Part shown: one piece after another, positions 40,618-50,042 of the stretch
Position numbering within the stretch: position 1 is the stretch's first letter
How the letters are laid out: every line of letters begins with the position of its first letter
NCBI GenBank assembly: GCA_001778235.1
Contig: MFGJ01000006.1
Location: 7,121 to 71,120 of the forward strand
DNA: 64,000 nt
DNA from: Candidatus Falkowbacteria bacterium RIFOXYC2_FULL_36_12
Lineage (GTDB): Bacteria; Patescibacteriota; Patescibacteriia; UBA11705
Direction: 5' to 3'
Position numbers and translations under genes: made by a program
The notes under the pieces: model-generated
Told to the model about the DNA's origin: nothing
Database searches by the model: none
What the model saw: the letters and a program-made list of their open reading frames with translations, nothing else

Positions 40618-42139
40618 ATTTATATGTTACAAGTACATCAACATTGATATTTTTAGGTGTGGCTGTTCCTCTGATGAAATCACCAGTGACAGTTTCTAAA
40701 TTTCCGTAGTTTGGTACTTTGCTATCATGGAAGTCTGCTGAACCGACTACCACCTTTAAATTTTTTGGAAAGTTAATCCATTTTTCCGTGCTGATTCTAG
40801 ACAAAACACCTATAAAAACGATAGTTTCATCAGTGATTTTATCATCTTCGGTTGCCACTTGGTTAATATTACAGCTATAAATTCTAGCGTAATCCTCTTT
40901 TTGGTTTCGTTTTTTTACTATTTCTTTTATTCTTGGGTCTTTTTTTCCGCTAAATCCTTCTATTTTATAATCGATTTCGTAAAGAAATTTTAGTTCACTT
41001 AATGTCAGCTTTTCATTTAGGCTGGATTTGGTTTCAATATCAGTTAATAATTGCATATCGTGTGATTTTTTTCTAAATTCATTGTAACCCGGTAATGGCC
41101 GAGCTTTCTCAATTGCAATTTCTAACAGGGAAGGCTCAATTTCTTGATCTGGGTCAACGCCTCGGATTTCTGCAATTCGACCATTTTCCATTCTAATAGC
41201 AATTCGAGGTATGGTATTTTTGCCCTTTTTGTCTCTTGTATGATAAACATAAAAATCTCCGAATTGTAGATGTTTCTTTGCTGTTTCTTGTCCAGCTGTA
41301 CACCACCCAGTTCCTTTTCCTTGCAGTGTTTTTACAAGTAATAAAGAATCAGAACCCTGATCGTATTTTACCCATTCTCCAGTTGTTTGTTCACGTTCTT
41401 CTTGGGATGAGGGTGTGACATGTTCAATTGAATATGCATAAAGTTCACCAAAATTCATTTTTTTTAAAATTTTCCACCATTCATCTTTTTCCCCTTTTGT
41501 ATCTTTATCATGAGGAGGTTCTACTTTTCCTTCTTCCGTCATGGCATGACTTACCTCATCATAGACATAAGCCAATGCCTCATAGTCTATGTCGGGAAAA
41601 ACGGCTACGGTGTGGGTGGTGCGTTTTTTGAAACTTTTATCTTTCTTATTATACGGACAAAGATTTAAAACATTCCGAATAACATAGTATCTGAACCAAG
41701 TTGGATATTTTGCGTCGTTTTGTAACACTAAATAGTCAATCCAGGTATCAAGACTGTGTTGTTGTTCAGCAATAATATCTTGAGCCATCAAATAGCGAAG
41801 TTTTTCTGTGATTTCAACATTTCCGTACCCTTGCTGTTTAAGGATTTCTTTTTGATGCTCATAATATCTATCTGGGATATCAGCTTCTTTGATTGTAAAA
41901 AGTTCATACAAATTTTGTTTAAGGCGTTGAGTTCTCGCTTCTAATTTAATTCGATCTGTAATATCAAAAATTTTTTCAAGACGATCTAAAAATAATTGTA
42001 TTTTTTTATTTTTATCTGTTTGACTAGGGAGTTCTGCTTTTCCTCTCTTTTTCCAATCATCAACCGCTTTTGTTACTTCTTTTGAAGCGTGTAAGTCGTT
42101 GTATTTTTTATTTAAGAATTGAGATCCAGGTTCATGCAT
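40616..42139 (-). CDS. hypothetical protein (507 aa)
   Basis: Long ORF with no recognisable motifs. It shares its upstream element with the SET-domain gene. Confidence 0.5.
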   Translation of the reverse strand: MHEPGSQFLNKKYNDLHASKEVTKAVDDWKKRGKAELPSQTDKNKKIQLFLDRLEKIFDITDRIKLEARTQRLKQNLYELFTIKEADIPDRYYEHQKEILKQQGYGNVEITEKLRYLMAQDIIAEQQHSLDTWIDYLVLQNDAKYPTWFRYYVIRNVLNLCPYNKKDKSFKKRTTHTVAVFPDIDYEALAYVYDEVSHAMTEEGKVEPPHDKDTKGEKDEWWKILKKMNFGELYAYSIEHVTPSSQEEREQTTGEWVKYDQGSDSLLLVKTLQGKGTGWCTAGQETAKKHLQFGDFYVYHTRDKKGKNTIPRIAIRMENGRIAEIRGVDPDQEIEPSLLEIAIEKARPLPGYNEFRKKSHDMQLLTDIETKSSLNEKLTLSELKFLYEIDYKIEGFSGKKDPRIKEIVKKRNQKEDYARIYSCNINQVATEDDKITDETIVFIGVLSRISTEKWINFPKNLKVVVGSADFHDSKVPNYGNLETVTGDFIRGTATPKNINVDVLVTYK

Positions 42140-42198
42140 AGTGTTGAAAAGTAAGATTTTTTATTAATCGGGTGTTAATTTGAAAAATAAAAGGAATG

Positions 42199-42272
42199 TT
42201 TTAGCTAATGTTTCGGCATAGACGATGTTTGCCAAAATTCCTTAAAAATCAATTGGTTTTGGCAAATTTGGG
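42199..42272 (-). promoter_or_regulatory. duplicated upstream element, copy 1: 10-bp inverted repeat TTTGCCAAAA-N19-TTTTGGCAAA
   Basis: The roughly 72-bp segment is about 90% identical to 43316-43390. Both copies sit just 5' of minus-strand genes. Confidence 0.6.
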
Positions 42273-42400
42273 TGAAGAAATTTTGCATTACTTGGTTTTA
42301 TTAAAGTGTAAAATTTTTGAATCAGATACGCCGTGTTATCGGATGTAAATTTTTTATTCATATTTCCCTACATAGAGTTGATCCGATAAAAACTAAAAGA

Positions 42401-42766
42401 TTAATGGGGGTTTGCAATTTCACCAATAACCATAAAGATCCAAAAGGCTAAGACTAAAACAGCTAAGAAAATTCCAGTCCATACAGCCCATGATTTATTA
42501 CCTTGCCTCAAAGTATTTACACCTTTAGTAATCGCAAAAATAGAAATTATCGAAGAAAGTAGAAAAGACGCAAAACCAGCTTCTCCTAAAATAGTTCTAG
42601 ATGGATTAACGCTTTCAGGATCAAAGATTTGACGAGTAATTGAGGTAAAAAATCCTAATATTGGAACAATTAAAACTGCACAAAAGCTAAGCAGTAATAC
42701 CAACCAAGATTTTACCGGGACTTTTTTATCTTTTAGTTTATTGAAGTTTATTTCGACATGTTTCAT
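42401..42766 (-). CDS. hypothetical membrane protein
   Basis: 121 aa with 3-4 TM helices. Confidence 0.4.
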   Translation of the reverse strand: MKHVEINFNKLKDKKVPVKSWLVLLLSFCAVLIVPILGFFTSITRQIFDPESVNPSRTILGEAGFASFLLSSIISIFAITKGVNTLRQGNKSWAVWTGIFLAVLVLAFWIFMVIGEIANPH

Positions 42767-42784
42767 ATATAAAGAATTTATCCA

Positions 42785-43300
42785 TTACACTCCATTATTC
42801 AATTTTTGGATTCGCTTGTTGAGGAGAGGTGAAAAATGTTCTTTATAGCGGTTTTGCAAATCAGACTTTTTCCAGTCGATCCCTGTGACCCGACCACGGC
42901 ACAAGGGCGAACCACATTTGCACTCCCATTTTGAAATATAATTTTCATCAGCTTCAAATAACGCATAATCAACAGTCAGTTCTTCGCCCGATTTAATATC
43001 TCTACTCGTGATTAAAGTATAAGCGTCTGACATCCATATATTAGGGTCACAGGAATGGTTGATGAAATATCCATCGTCATCAGCTCTATCTTCGTAGCTA
43101 TAAAGATCGTCGTCCCATTGCATAACCAACATACCATTTTTTCTCATTAATTCTGCGCCAACTGTATCAGTATAATTTCCTCCCCAGACGACGATTTTTT
43201 CGCCTCGGTTAATGTCAGAGTTAGCAAACAAGCCCTTTCCTTCAACTGGACTGGCATGAATATCAACCTTTGGACTTTTCCAATCTTGTTTAACGCTCAT
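42785..43300 (-). CDS. SET-domain protein (putative protein-lysine methyltransferase)
   Basis: GKGLFA (GxG), NHSCDPN, ELTVDY, and the post-SET Cys cluster CKCGSPLC. Start at 43300 or 43369. I do not regard the 43369 start as coding, because its N-terminal extension would be encoded by the duplicated element. Confidence 0.75.
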   Translation of the reverse strand: MSVKQDWKSPKVDIHASPVEGKGLFANSDINRGEKIVVWGGNYTDTVGAELMRKNGMLVMQWDDDLYSYEDRADDDGYFINHSCDPNIWMSDAYTLITSRDIKSGEELTVDYALFEADENYISKWECKCGSPLCRGRVTGIDWKKSDLQNRYKEHFSPLLNKRIQKLNNGV

Positions 43301-43315
43301 AGGGAATTTTTTAAT

Positions 43316-43390
43316 TTCAGCTAATGTATCGGCATATACGATGTTTGCCAAAATTCCTTTAAAAATCAATTAGTTTTGGTAATTTATTCA
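43316..43390 (-). promoter_or_regulatory. duplicated upstream element, copy 2
   Basis: Near-identical to 42199-42272. TTTGCCAAAA-N19-TTTTGGTAA. Confidence 0.6.
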
Positions 43391-43498
43391 TTGATAGGAT
43401 AACCAAGGTCGGCTAATAGTGCTTTGAAATCACCATCCTTCCATCCTTTGTAATATTCTTCGCGGACTCCTTTGAAATATTGGTATTTGCCGAGTTGT

Positions 43499-43732
43499 TT
43501 ATCCATAGTTTAATCCTTTTATTTCCGGAGTAATTTTAAGGACATAGATGATCATGATAACAATGAAAGCAACAACTATAAGGCCGAGGATTTTCAATGA
43601 TTTTTTGAAGTTGGTGAAATCTTTTTTACTGATTGAGATAATACCAAGAACTGCGGTGACAATTATCATAATGATTGCACCAAATACTGCAATCATTCCC
43701 AAAACAGTTAAAATACTGATTAATATTGACAT
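43499..43732 (-). CDS. small membrane protein
   Basis: 77 aa with 3 TM helices. Confidence 0.35.
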   Translation of the reverse strand: MSILISILTVLGMIAVFGAIIMIIVTAVLGIISISKKDFTNFKKSLKILGLIVVAFIVIMIIYVLKITPEIKGLNYG

Positions 43733-43757
43733 AGGTTTGTTATTGTATGTGCAAATT

Positions 43758-45314
43758 TTATTTTTTTAATTCTTCTCTGATTTGTTTTATTTTTTTAACA
43801 TCCTCTATTGTCCGCTGAACTTTTTCTGTTTTTCCTTTTATTTCTTTTACGATTAAATCAAAAAAATTTTGGTAACCCGCAAGGTTTTCTTGTGTTTGTA
43901 GGTCATATCCCGCGATATCTTTAATATCTTGAAAATTTTCTGCGGTTTCTAAAAATAAAGCCAAATTTTTTTTTGCTTTCGGGGTTAAATTGGTGATTAT
44001 ACTATTCACATAGGTTTTCACAATGGATACTTCAGGTGTTTCGTTCCCGCCCTGCCTCAACGCCTCTATTACTGGTTTAATATGGGAGCCGACTAATAAA
44101 ATTTGTCTGTATAGTGCGAGTTCTTTTTCTTTAGTCCATTCTTTTTTTCTTGCTTCATCACTGCCAACCCACGCTGGTCGATTTTTTTCGTCATTTAAGT
44201 AATCCTCGTTCAGTTGGTATGATCCATCAAAATCGCATATTTCAGCAGCTAAAGTAATATCTTGCTTATGGTTATTCATCGCTCCCTGATTAATTCTATT
44301 TTCCAGCAAAATAGCTGTTTGCCGTCCCAATAATTTACTGAATGTTTTTAGAAAATTTTCATTACTCATGTCTTCTCCGAACTCTTTGGCAAGAATGAGT
44401 CTAGATGCATCTAAAATTGAGGAAACCTTTTCTATCCTTTTCTCCTGATCTTTTTCTTTCATAGCTTCTTCCAATTCGCTAACTCTCCAGACATTTCTAA
44501 ATGCTCTTACATTTTGACCCAATATTGCCGACTTATAGTCTTGAACTTCGTATGAACCTACCATTTTTTTGTAGAGTTCAGGGTCGTTAATTCTTTCTTT
44601 GTTTGCTTCTATGTGCTGAACGGGGTTTTGCCCAGCAATATCTTCTGGGTCGTCATTATCAGGTATTGGCAAATTATTATCAATACAGAATTGGCGAGAA
44701 AATTTTATAGTGGTTAGAATTTTTGGCATTCTTAAACCGTATTGCTCCATCAATTTTGACTGTTTCTCTTCTAATAGTAAATCTTCATGATAAGCGGCTC
44801 CCATAAATCTAACCAATAATTTTTCATCAACTTCTGCCACAAACAGTGGCATGGCATTTTCTTTGCCCAAAGGAAATAACATTGTTCCGCCTTTGGCTTC
44901 AATTTTTTTCTGCCCTTGTTCGTTAACGCGATTTTCTCCTACACCTTTCCATTGCACAAAATTATAATCAGTGTTCCCGATTCGTGTTTGATGTTCAATA
45001 CACGCGGCTTTGCCCATGGCAACGGTCGATTTTACGGCTATAGCGGACATGTTCATATCTCCCGCCATATTTTTGCCTTGTTCTCCAACAAACATTGGTC
45101 GCAAGTAAGTTCGTGAAATCTGTGGCACTTCATTTGTTTGAGAAAAACCATTATCAGGAATCAAAAAGCCGGTGTCTTCGAAGACTAGGCCTTCTGCAGG
45201 TGACAACTCAATTTTTTCCCTTGGTTTTTTGATTTCCACTGCTTCTTGTGGTCGTTTGAGGGTAGCGACTTGTTCGTGATCGGGATTTGGTCCAAATTCG
45301 CTCATAAATATCAC
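43758..45314 (-). CDS. hypothetical protein (518 aa)
   Basis: Long ORF with no recognisable motifs. It is preceded by GC-rich element copy A. Confidence 0.5.
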   Translation of the reverse strand: MIFMSEFGPNPDHEQVATLKRPQEAVEIKKPREKIELSPAEGLVFEDTGFLIPDNGFSQTNEVPQISRTYLRPMFVGEQGKNMAGDMNMSAIAVKSTVAMGKAACIEHQTRIGNTDYNFVQWKGVGENRVNEQGQKKIEAKGGTMLFPLGKENAMPLFVAEVDEKLLVRFMGAAYHEDLLLEEKQSKLMEQYGLRMPKILTTIKFSRQFCIDNNLPIPDNDDPEDIAGQNPVQHIEANKERINDPELYKKMVGSYEVQDYKSAILGQNVRAFRNVWRVSELEEAMKEKDQEKRIEKVSSILDASRLILAKEFGEDMSNENFLKTFSKLLGRQTAILLENRINQGAMNNHKQDITLAAEICDFDGSYQLNEDYLNDEKNRPAWVGSDEARKKEWTKEKELALYRQILLVGSHIKPVIEALRQGGNETPEVSIVKTYVNSIITNLTPKAKKNLALFLETAENFQDIKDIAGYDLQTQENLAGYQNFFDLIVKEIKGKTEKVQRTIEDVKKIKQIREELKK

Positions 45315-45377
45315 AATTAAAAAATAAAATTTGCCTGAATAATTTTTGCTCCGCAGAGCAAAAGAGTTTATTTATTT

Positions 45378-45557
45378 CAGCTAATGGGCTGCGCCTAATG
45401 CGAAGTTGCGGACGGGTAGCGGAGCTACCCGACGGGCAATGTCGCATAGGCGCTGTTGTGCGATGCCATAGCGAGCACACAGCGCCGGAGGCGCAGCCCA
45501 TTGTGCAAAACAACGGGAGCGACACGCGGAGCGTGTGCGAGCGGTTTTGCACAACGT
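45378..45557. repeat. GC-rich structured element, copy A (the GC-rich region extends to about 45700)
   Basis: The GC content is far above the flanks. Long-range complementary pairs are visible: TGGGCTGCGCC/GGCGCAGCCCA, TTGTGCAAAAC/GTTTTGCACAA, CGGGTAGC/GCTACCCG, ACACGC-GGA-GCGTGT. A near-identical copy sits at 48316-48515. Confidence 0.7.
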
Positions 45558-45810
45558 TTCAGTATATGCGATGTTTTGCGTAGTGAAACGGAGCAAAATA
45601 TGGGAGAGCGAAGTGCAACGAGCGAACTGCATATACTGTGTTAGGCGAGCCGAACGAAGCGATAGCGGAGTGAGAGTGCAACGTGCCTTGCGTATTTTTG
45701 AAAAATTTATCCATATTATTCCGTTTTTGGTGGGCTTTTTATTGTATTTGATTTTTTTGTTTTGAAAAATGGAAGAGGGGCTGGGGGTGAATTCCATTTT
45801 TCAAAACTCC

Positions 45811-46707
45811 TTATTTTAATATCTTTTTAAATATTTCTTCTACTTTTAAATCAATATTTTCAACTTTTTTTGAATGAGGAATACATAGTTTTGTTAATAT
45901 CTCTTCAAACTTCATATATCCATTTTTTGATCTTAATTCTACCCAATTTACTTTTAACATTTCAGCTTGTTTTTTATTCAAATCTGATAGCTTGTCTGCT
46001 ACAAATATATTACTTTCTCTTGCAAATATTGCATCAGCACTTTCAGGGTTTCCTTTTCCCATTAACTTGACTTCACATCTATAATAATTCTCATTATTGA
46101 TGATGAAAAAATCCACCTCTCTCATACTTTCAGGAACTCTGCTTTGATCAAAATGAATGAATGGAACATCGAATAAATGACAAAGTGTAGCCATCAAAAA
46201 CTTTTCAACTCTTTTTCCGGCAGTACTCCATAAACCACCTCTTAAAGCGGCTCTTTTAACAGCGAGTGTATTTATCACAATCAAGCTTTCATTCATATTT
46301 AGATCCACACTTACGCCTTTTAGTTTAATTGTAAGTGTTAAATCAATATCTGGCTGACTATCTACTAGACTACTAATAGAGTCATACAAAACATCATAGT
46401 GCTCGTTTGATGCATCAATAACTATTTCTTTTGATGCAGAATTGTACATATTTGTAATTGTTTTTTTATTCAATCCTGAGTTAATTGCGATATCTGTTGA
46501 ACTTAAATTTGAATTTAAGAATGTTTTTTTATACCAATCAACCGTTAAATCTTTATTTGATAATTTTGCTTCGATAACTTGTTTAAAAAAGTCTATTGCA
46601 AACTGTAAAAATTCAGCATTAATAAGTGCAACTACTTCAATTCTATAGTCCTTTCCATTTATTAATCTTTTAATTATATTTTTAATTACTTGATCTGTTA
46701 ATGTCAT
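45811..46707 (-). CDS. putative Type II restriction endonuclease (PD-(D/E)xK-like)
   Basis: 4-bp overlap with the upstream methyltransferase. EVDFF...CEVKLMGKG is a candidate D...ExK motif. Confidence 0.45.
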   Translation of the reverse strand: MTLTDQVIKNIIKRLINGKDYRIEVVALINAEFLQFAIDFFKQVIEAKLSNKDLTVDWYKKTFLNSNLSSTDIAINSGLNKKTITNMYNSASKEIVIDASNEHYDVLYDSISSLVDSQPDIDLTLTIKLKGVSVDLNMNESLIVINTLAVKRAALRGGLWSTAGKRVEKFLMATLCHLFDVPFIHFDQSRVPESMREVDFFIINNENYYRCEVKLMGKGNPESADAIFARESNIFVADKLSDLNKKQAEMLKVNWVELRSKNGYMKFEEILTKLCIPHSKKVENIDLKVEEIFKKILK

Positions 46708-48116
46708 ATTGTATTACTTAAAGAAATAAAAGTATTTAAATCAACAAAATTAACTTGTTGTTTCTGTAAATCAAATAAATCGCTATTTTTTAATAGATCC
46801 TGTTTCATTCTGTCTATGTATTTATCTTCTTTTTCGGTTAAGAAGAAATTCCTTTTTAATTTTAATGCAGATTTACCAAGTGTGCCACTCCCTGCAAAAG
46901 GATCAAAGACCAAATCATTAATGAATGAATAGTATTTTATAACTCTATCACATAATTCAATTGGGAATACCGCACTATGTACTTTGTCAAAGGTAGGATC
47001 AATTTGCCATACATTTGTAGTTTCATATTTTTCTTCGACTTTACTATTTTTTACTTTTTCCCAACTATACTGCTTCATGTTCCAATCAATAAGTTTATCT
47101 GTTTTTTTTCTATATACCATTAAACATTCCGTAATCGCATTTGGTTTATATCCAAGAGGTTTTCTATGTTGAAGAAAACCACCATTTCTATTTTTTACAC
47201 TAGCTTCAGGTTTTACCCATACAATATCATCAATAAATTCCCATCCCATTTTTATAAGCAATGGATGTATGTCATAAGGAATTGGATACCTTTTACTTGA
47301 ATGAGCACGACTAATTCTTGGAACTATTACTGGAGATGTATTTAGAATAAAAAATCTTCCCTCCTTTGTTATTCTGTGGACTTCCTTAAATACTTCTTCT
47401 AGAAAATTTAAATATTCTTCATAGCTTTGATATATTGAATAGTCTCTTGCATTATAGTATGGGGGAGATGTAAAGGTTAAATGTATTGATTCGTTTGGTA
47501 CATATTTCATTGTTTCTTGAACATCTGCACCAACAACTGTGTTTTGCATATAAATCGGGGATTCATCGTGTTTCTGCGATGATTTAGAGCTATATTTACT
47601 ACCATTTAATTCTTTACTAATAACTTCTTGAATTACTTCATTTGGATGATTTATTAGCTTTTTAAGTTCATCTTTTATTTCTTTTTTACTTGAAAAAACC
47701 AACAATCCTCTAATTGCTTGCATTACAACTTTAGGATCATTGTCTTTTAAAAAATTGCAGAGTGTCGGGATTATCTCTGGCTTTCTCAAACGCCCAATAG
47801 CTGATACAGATTCTCTTCTAACATCCGTGCTTTCATCTTTACTTGCATGTTTTACAAAAATATCAAGTAATTTTATATCACCAATTTTAGCCAAGTTTTT
47901 AATAGAGAGCGAACGTATTTTTTCATTAGGATTTTCTAATAAATTCAACAAAGGATTACGGCTGTTGTCATTATCTAATTTTCCAAGTTTTTCCAAAGTA
48001 TAAATTATAGTTCCATCATTCTGATTTTCTAAAAAAGATAATAATACATTTGTATCATTTTTTAATTCATCTATTGTTTTTTTATCAATTTTTTTCCCCA
48101 AAGTTGCTCTATTCAT
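46704..48116 (-). CDS. DNA methyltransferase (beta-class N4-C/N6-A; SPPY then FxGxG) with N-terminal HEAT-like repeats
   Basis: Motif IV TSPPYYNARDY lies upstream of motif I VFDPFAGSGTLGK. Residues about 40-170 carry 4 tandem PBS-lyase/HEAT-like repeats (D..VR..A..A.G.L). Confidence 0.8.
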   Translation of the reverse strand: MNRATLGKKIDKKTIDELKNDTNVLLSFLENQNDGTIIYTLEKLGKLDNDNSRNPLLNLLENPNEKIRSLSIKNLAKIGDIKLLDIFVKHASKDESTDVRRESVSAIGRLRKPEIIPTLCNFLKDNDPKVVMQAIRGLLVFSSKKEIKDELKKLINHPNEVIQEVISKELNGSKYSSKSSQKHDESPIYMQNTVVGADVQETMKYVPNESIHLTFTSPPYYNARDYSIYQSYEEYLNFLEEVFKEVHRITKEGRFFILNTSPVIVPRISRAHSSKRYPIPYDIHPLLIKMGWEFIDDIVWVKPEASVKNRNGGFLQHRKPLGYKPNAITECLMVYRKKTDKLIDWNMKQYSWEKVKNSKVEEKYETTNVWQIDPTFDKVHSAVFPIELCDRVIKYYSFINDLVFDPFAGSGTLGKSALKLKRNFFLTEKEDKYIDRMKQDLLKNSDLFDLQKQQVNFVDLNTFISLSNTI

Positions 48117-48315
48117 AATTATTTTCCTAATTTAGTAAAATCTTTTGTATTATATAAGTATTTTTCTTCTTTAATCAATTTATAATAAATCGTTTTCGGA
48201 ACGATAGTGGAGAAAACACCTTTTACCCCCCTCTTTAAAAATTAAAAAAATCAAATTCCTTATTTCTTAAAGCCCACCAAAAACATTTCAATTAACAAAT
48301 TTTTCAAAAATATGT

Positions 48316-48515
48316 CGCCTAATGGGCTGCGCCTAATGCGAAGTTGCGGACGGGTAGCGGAGCTATCCGACAGGCAATTTCGTATAGGCGCTGTTGTGCG
48401 CTTGTCCGCCTGAGGCGGGATGCCATGCGAGCACACAGCGCCGGAGGCGCAGCCCATTGTGCAAAACAACGGGAGCGACACGCGGAGCGTGTGCGAGCGG
48501 TTTTGCACAACGTTC
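48316..48515. repeat. GC-rich structured element, copy B (the GC-rich region runs about 48300-48650)
   Basis: Direct repeat of copy A with a 19-bp hairpin insertion (CCGCCTGAGGCGG). Confidence 0.7.
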
Positions 48516-48718
48516 ACCGATATCAGATGTGTCGCCGTTGTTTCTGCGCTCAAATTTTGGGTTATCACATTACTTGCTCCTTGCTGTGAACATTCACATT
48601 ACGAAGCGGCATATGGGAGAAGAAAATTGCGACACCTTTGAAATTATTAAGAGCAATTTTCTGAACCTGATATCGGTTGTTAGCTGATGTAATTAAAATT
48701 TTCTCCCCCCCATATCAT

Positions 48719-49171
48719 TTATGGATTTACAGTGAATTTTTTGTTAGCGATATCATACATAAATATTTTTTTGTCGATACTAAATAAAACTTTCCCCTCA
48801 TTTTGATTTGAAAGTAGCTCAAATTCAGGATCTTTATTTTCTGATGAAATGGGCAATGAAGCTTTAGACTTTTTTGATACCAGTGTGCCTGTGTGTGGTG
48901 AAGCAGAATCATCCCAAACCATTTCAAGGTAAAAAAGTTCTTCATTGCCTTGACACACATGTCTAATTGTTGGCGCGTGATTCATTCCATTAAAAAATTC
49001 TGATGAAATCCACAACTCGTTGTTAGTGGGCTTTACTTCGTCGCACCAGGTAATGACCTTGGTCTGTATATTTTCTGATTGTTTATCTGTAGTCTGAGTG
49101 TTCCTTGTTGAAGTACAACCAGCGCCAACAATTACAAAAAAGATGATGGGGACAAAAAAATATTTAAGCAT
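48719..49171 (-). CDS. hypothetical lipoprotein
   Basis: Signal peptide plus lipobox (VGAGC). Confidence 0.45.
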   Translation of the reverse strand: MLKYFFVPIIFFVIVGAGCTSTRNTQTTDKQSENIQTKVITWCDEVKPTNNELWISSEFFNGMNHAPTIRHVCQGNEELFYLEMVWDDSASPHTGTLVSKKSKASLPISSENKDPEFELLSNQNEGKVLFSIDKKIFMYDIANKKFTVNP

Positions 49172-49334
49172 AGATTTGAGTAAAAAAATTTTAATTATTT
49201 TAGCTAACTCCTTTTATGCGAAGTTTGTATTCTAGGTATTTAATATCCGCTATAATAAGTGAATAAAAGGAGTATGAATTGCTTAAAATAGTAATTTATA
49301 AGTATATTATGATTATAGCAAAAATAATGGAAAA

Positions 49335-49928
49335 TTAAACCTCCCGTCTATTGGATAGGGCGTTGGAAAGAGTAACTTCATCTGCATATTCGAGGTCAGA
49401 GCCCATTGGCAGACCACGGGCAAGGCGGGTGATTTTTATTTTATTTGGTGAAAGATGTTTTTTCAAAAATATAATTGTAGCTTCCCCTTGCATGTCAGGA
49501 TTGAGGGCTAAAATTACTTCTAGTATATTATTTTTTTCAATTTTTGGTATAAGTGTTTTAATATTTAAGTCATTTTCTGTGAAATCTTCAAGTGGATTTA
49601 ATACTCCGCCGAGAACATGATAAAGTCCATGATATTCATGGGTTTCTTCAATCACATTGAGATCATGTTGTTCGGCAACAATACAAAGCTGGGTTCGGTC
49701 GCGGTTTGAATTATTGCAGATTGGGCAAAGGCCGTTGTCGGAAAAATTAAAACATTCTGTGCAGAGTTTGAGTGATTGCAGTTCTTTTAGGTGCTGGGCA
49801 AATAGTTCTAAATCATTTTGTTGTTTTTTTAATAAACTAAAAACTAAGCGTTCGGCGGTTTTTCGGCCAATGCCAGGGAGTTTGGAAAAATCTTCAATTA
49901 GATTTTGGATTTTGTCGGGAAAGCGCAT
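49335..49928 (-). CDS. recR: recombination protein RecR
   Basis: HhH (LPGIGRKTAERL), a C4 zinc finger (CTECFNFSDNGLCPIC) and a Toprim domain. Confidence 0.9.
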   Translation of the reverse strand: MRFPDKIQNLIEDFSKLPGIGRKTAERLVFSLLKKQQNDLELFAQHLKELQSLKLCTECFNFSDNGLCPICNNSNRDRTQLCIVAEQHDLNVIEETHEYHGLYHVLGGVLNPLEDFTENDLNIKTLIPKIEKNNILEVILALNPDMQGEATIIFLKKHLSPNKIKITRLARGLPMGSDLEYADEVTLSNALSNRREV

Positions 49929-50042
49929 GATGTTACAAATTTACTAATACTACAAATATTACAAATTCAAGAAAAAATGTTGTGTCTGTTGAGAAATAAA
50001 TTGCTAGTATTTGTAATTTCCGTAAATTTTTCTATTTGTATT

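Noticed and set aside
43301-43369. N-terminal extension of the SET-domain ORF (MIFKGILANIVYADTLAEIKKFP).
   Set aside because: It is encoded by the duplicated 72-bp upstream element, and the other copy (42199-42272) is clearly non-coding, so the ATG at 43300 is the more plausible start.
45208-45797. Five overlapping ORFs on both strands of the ORF track (Arg/Ala/Cys-rich, 61-138 aa).
   Set aside because: They coincide exactly with GC-rich element copy A. They overlap in multiple frames and have a composition typical of spurious ORFs in GC-rich non-coding DNA.
48260-48687. Five overlapping ORFs (63-102 aa) on both strands.
   Set aside because: Same argument as for copy A: they lie on GC-rich element copy B.
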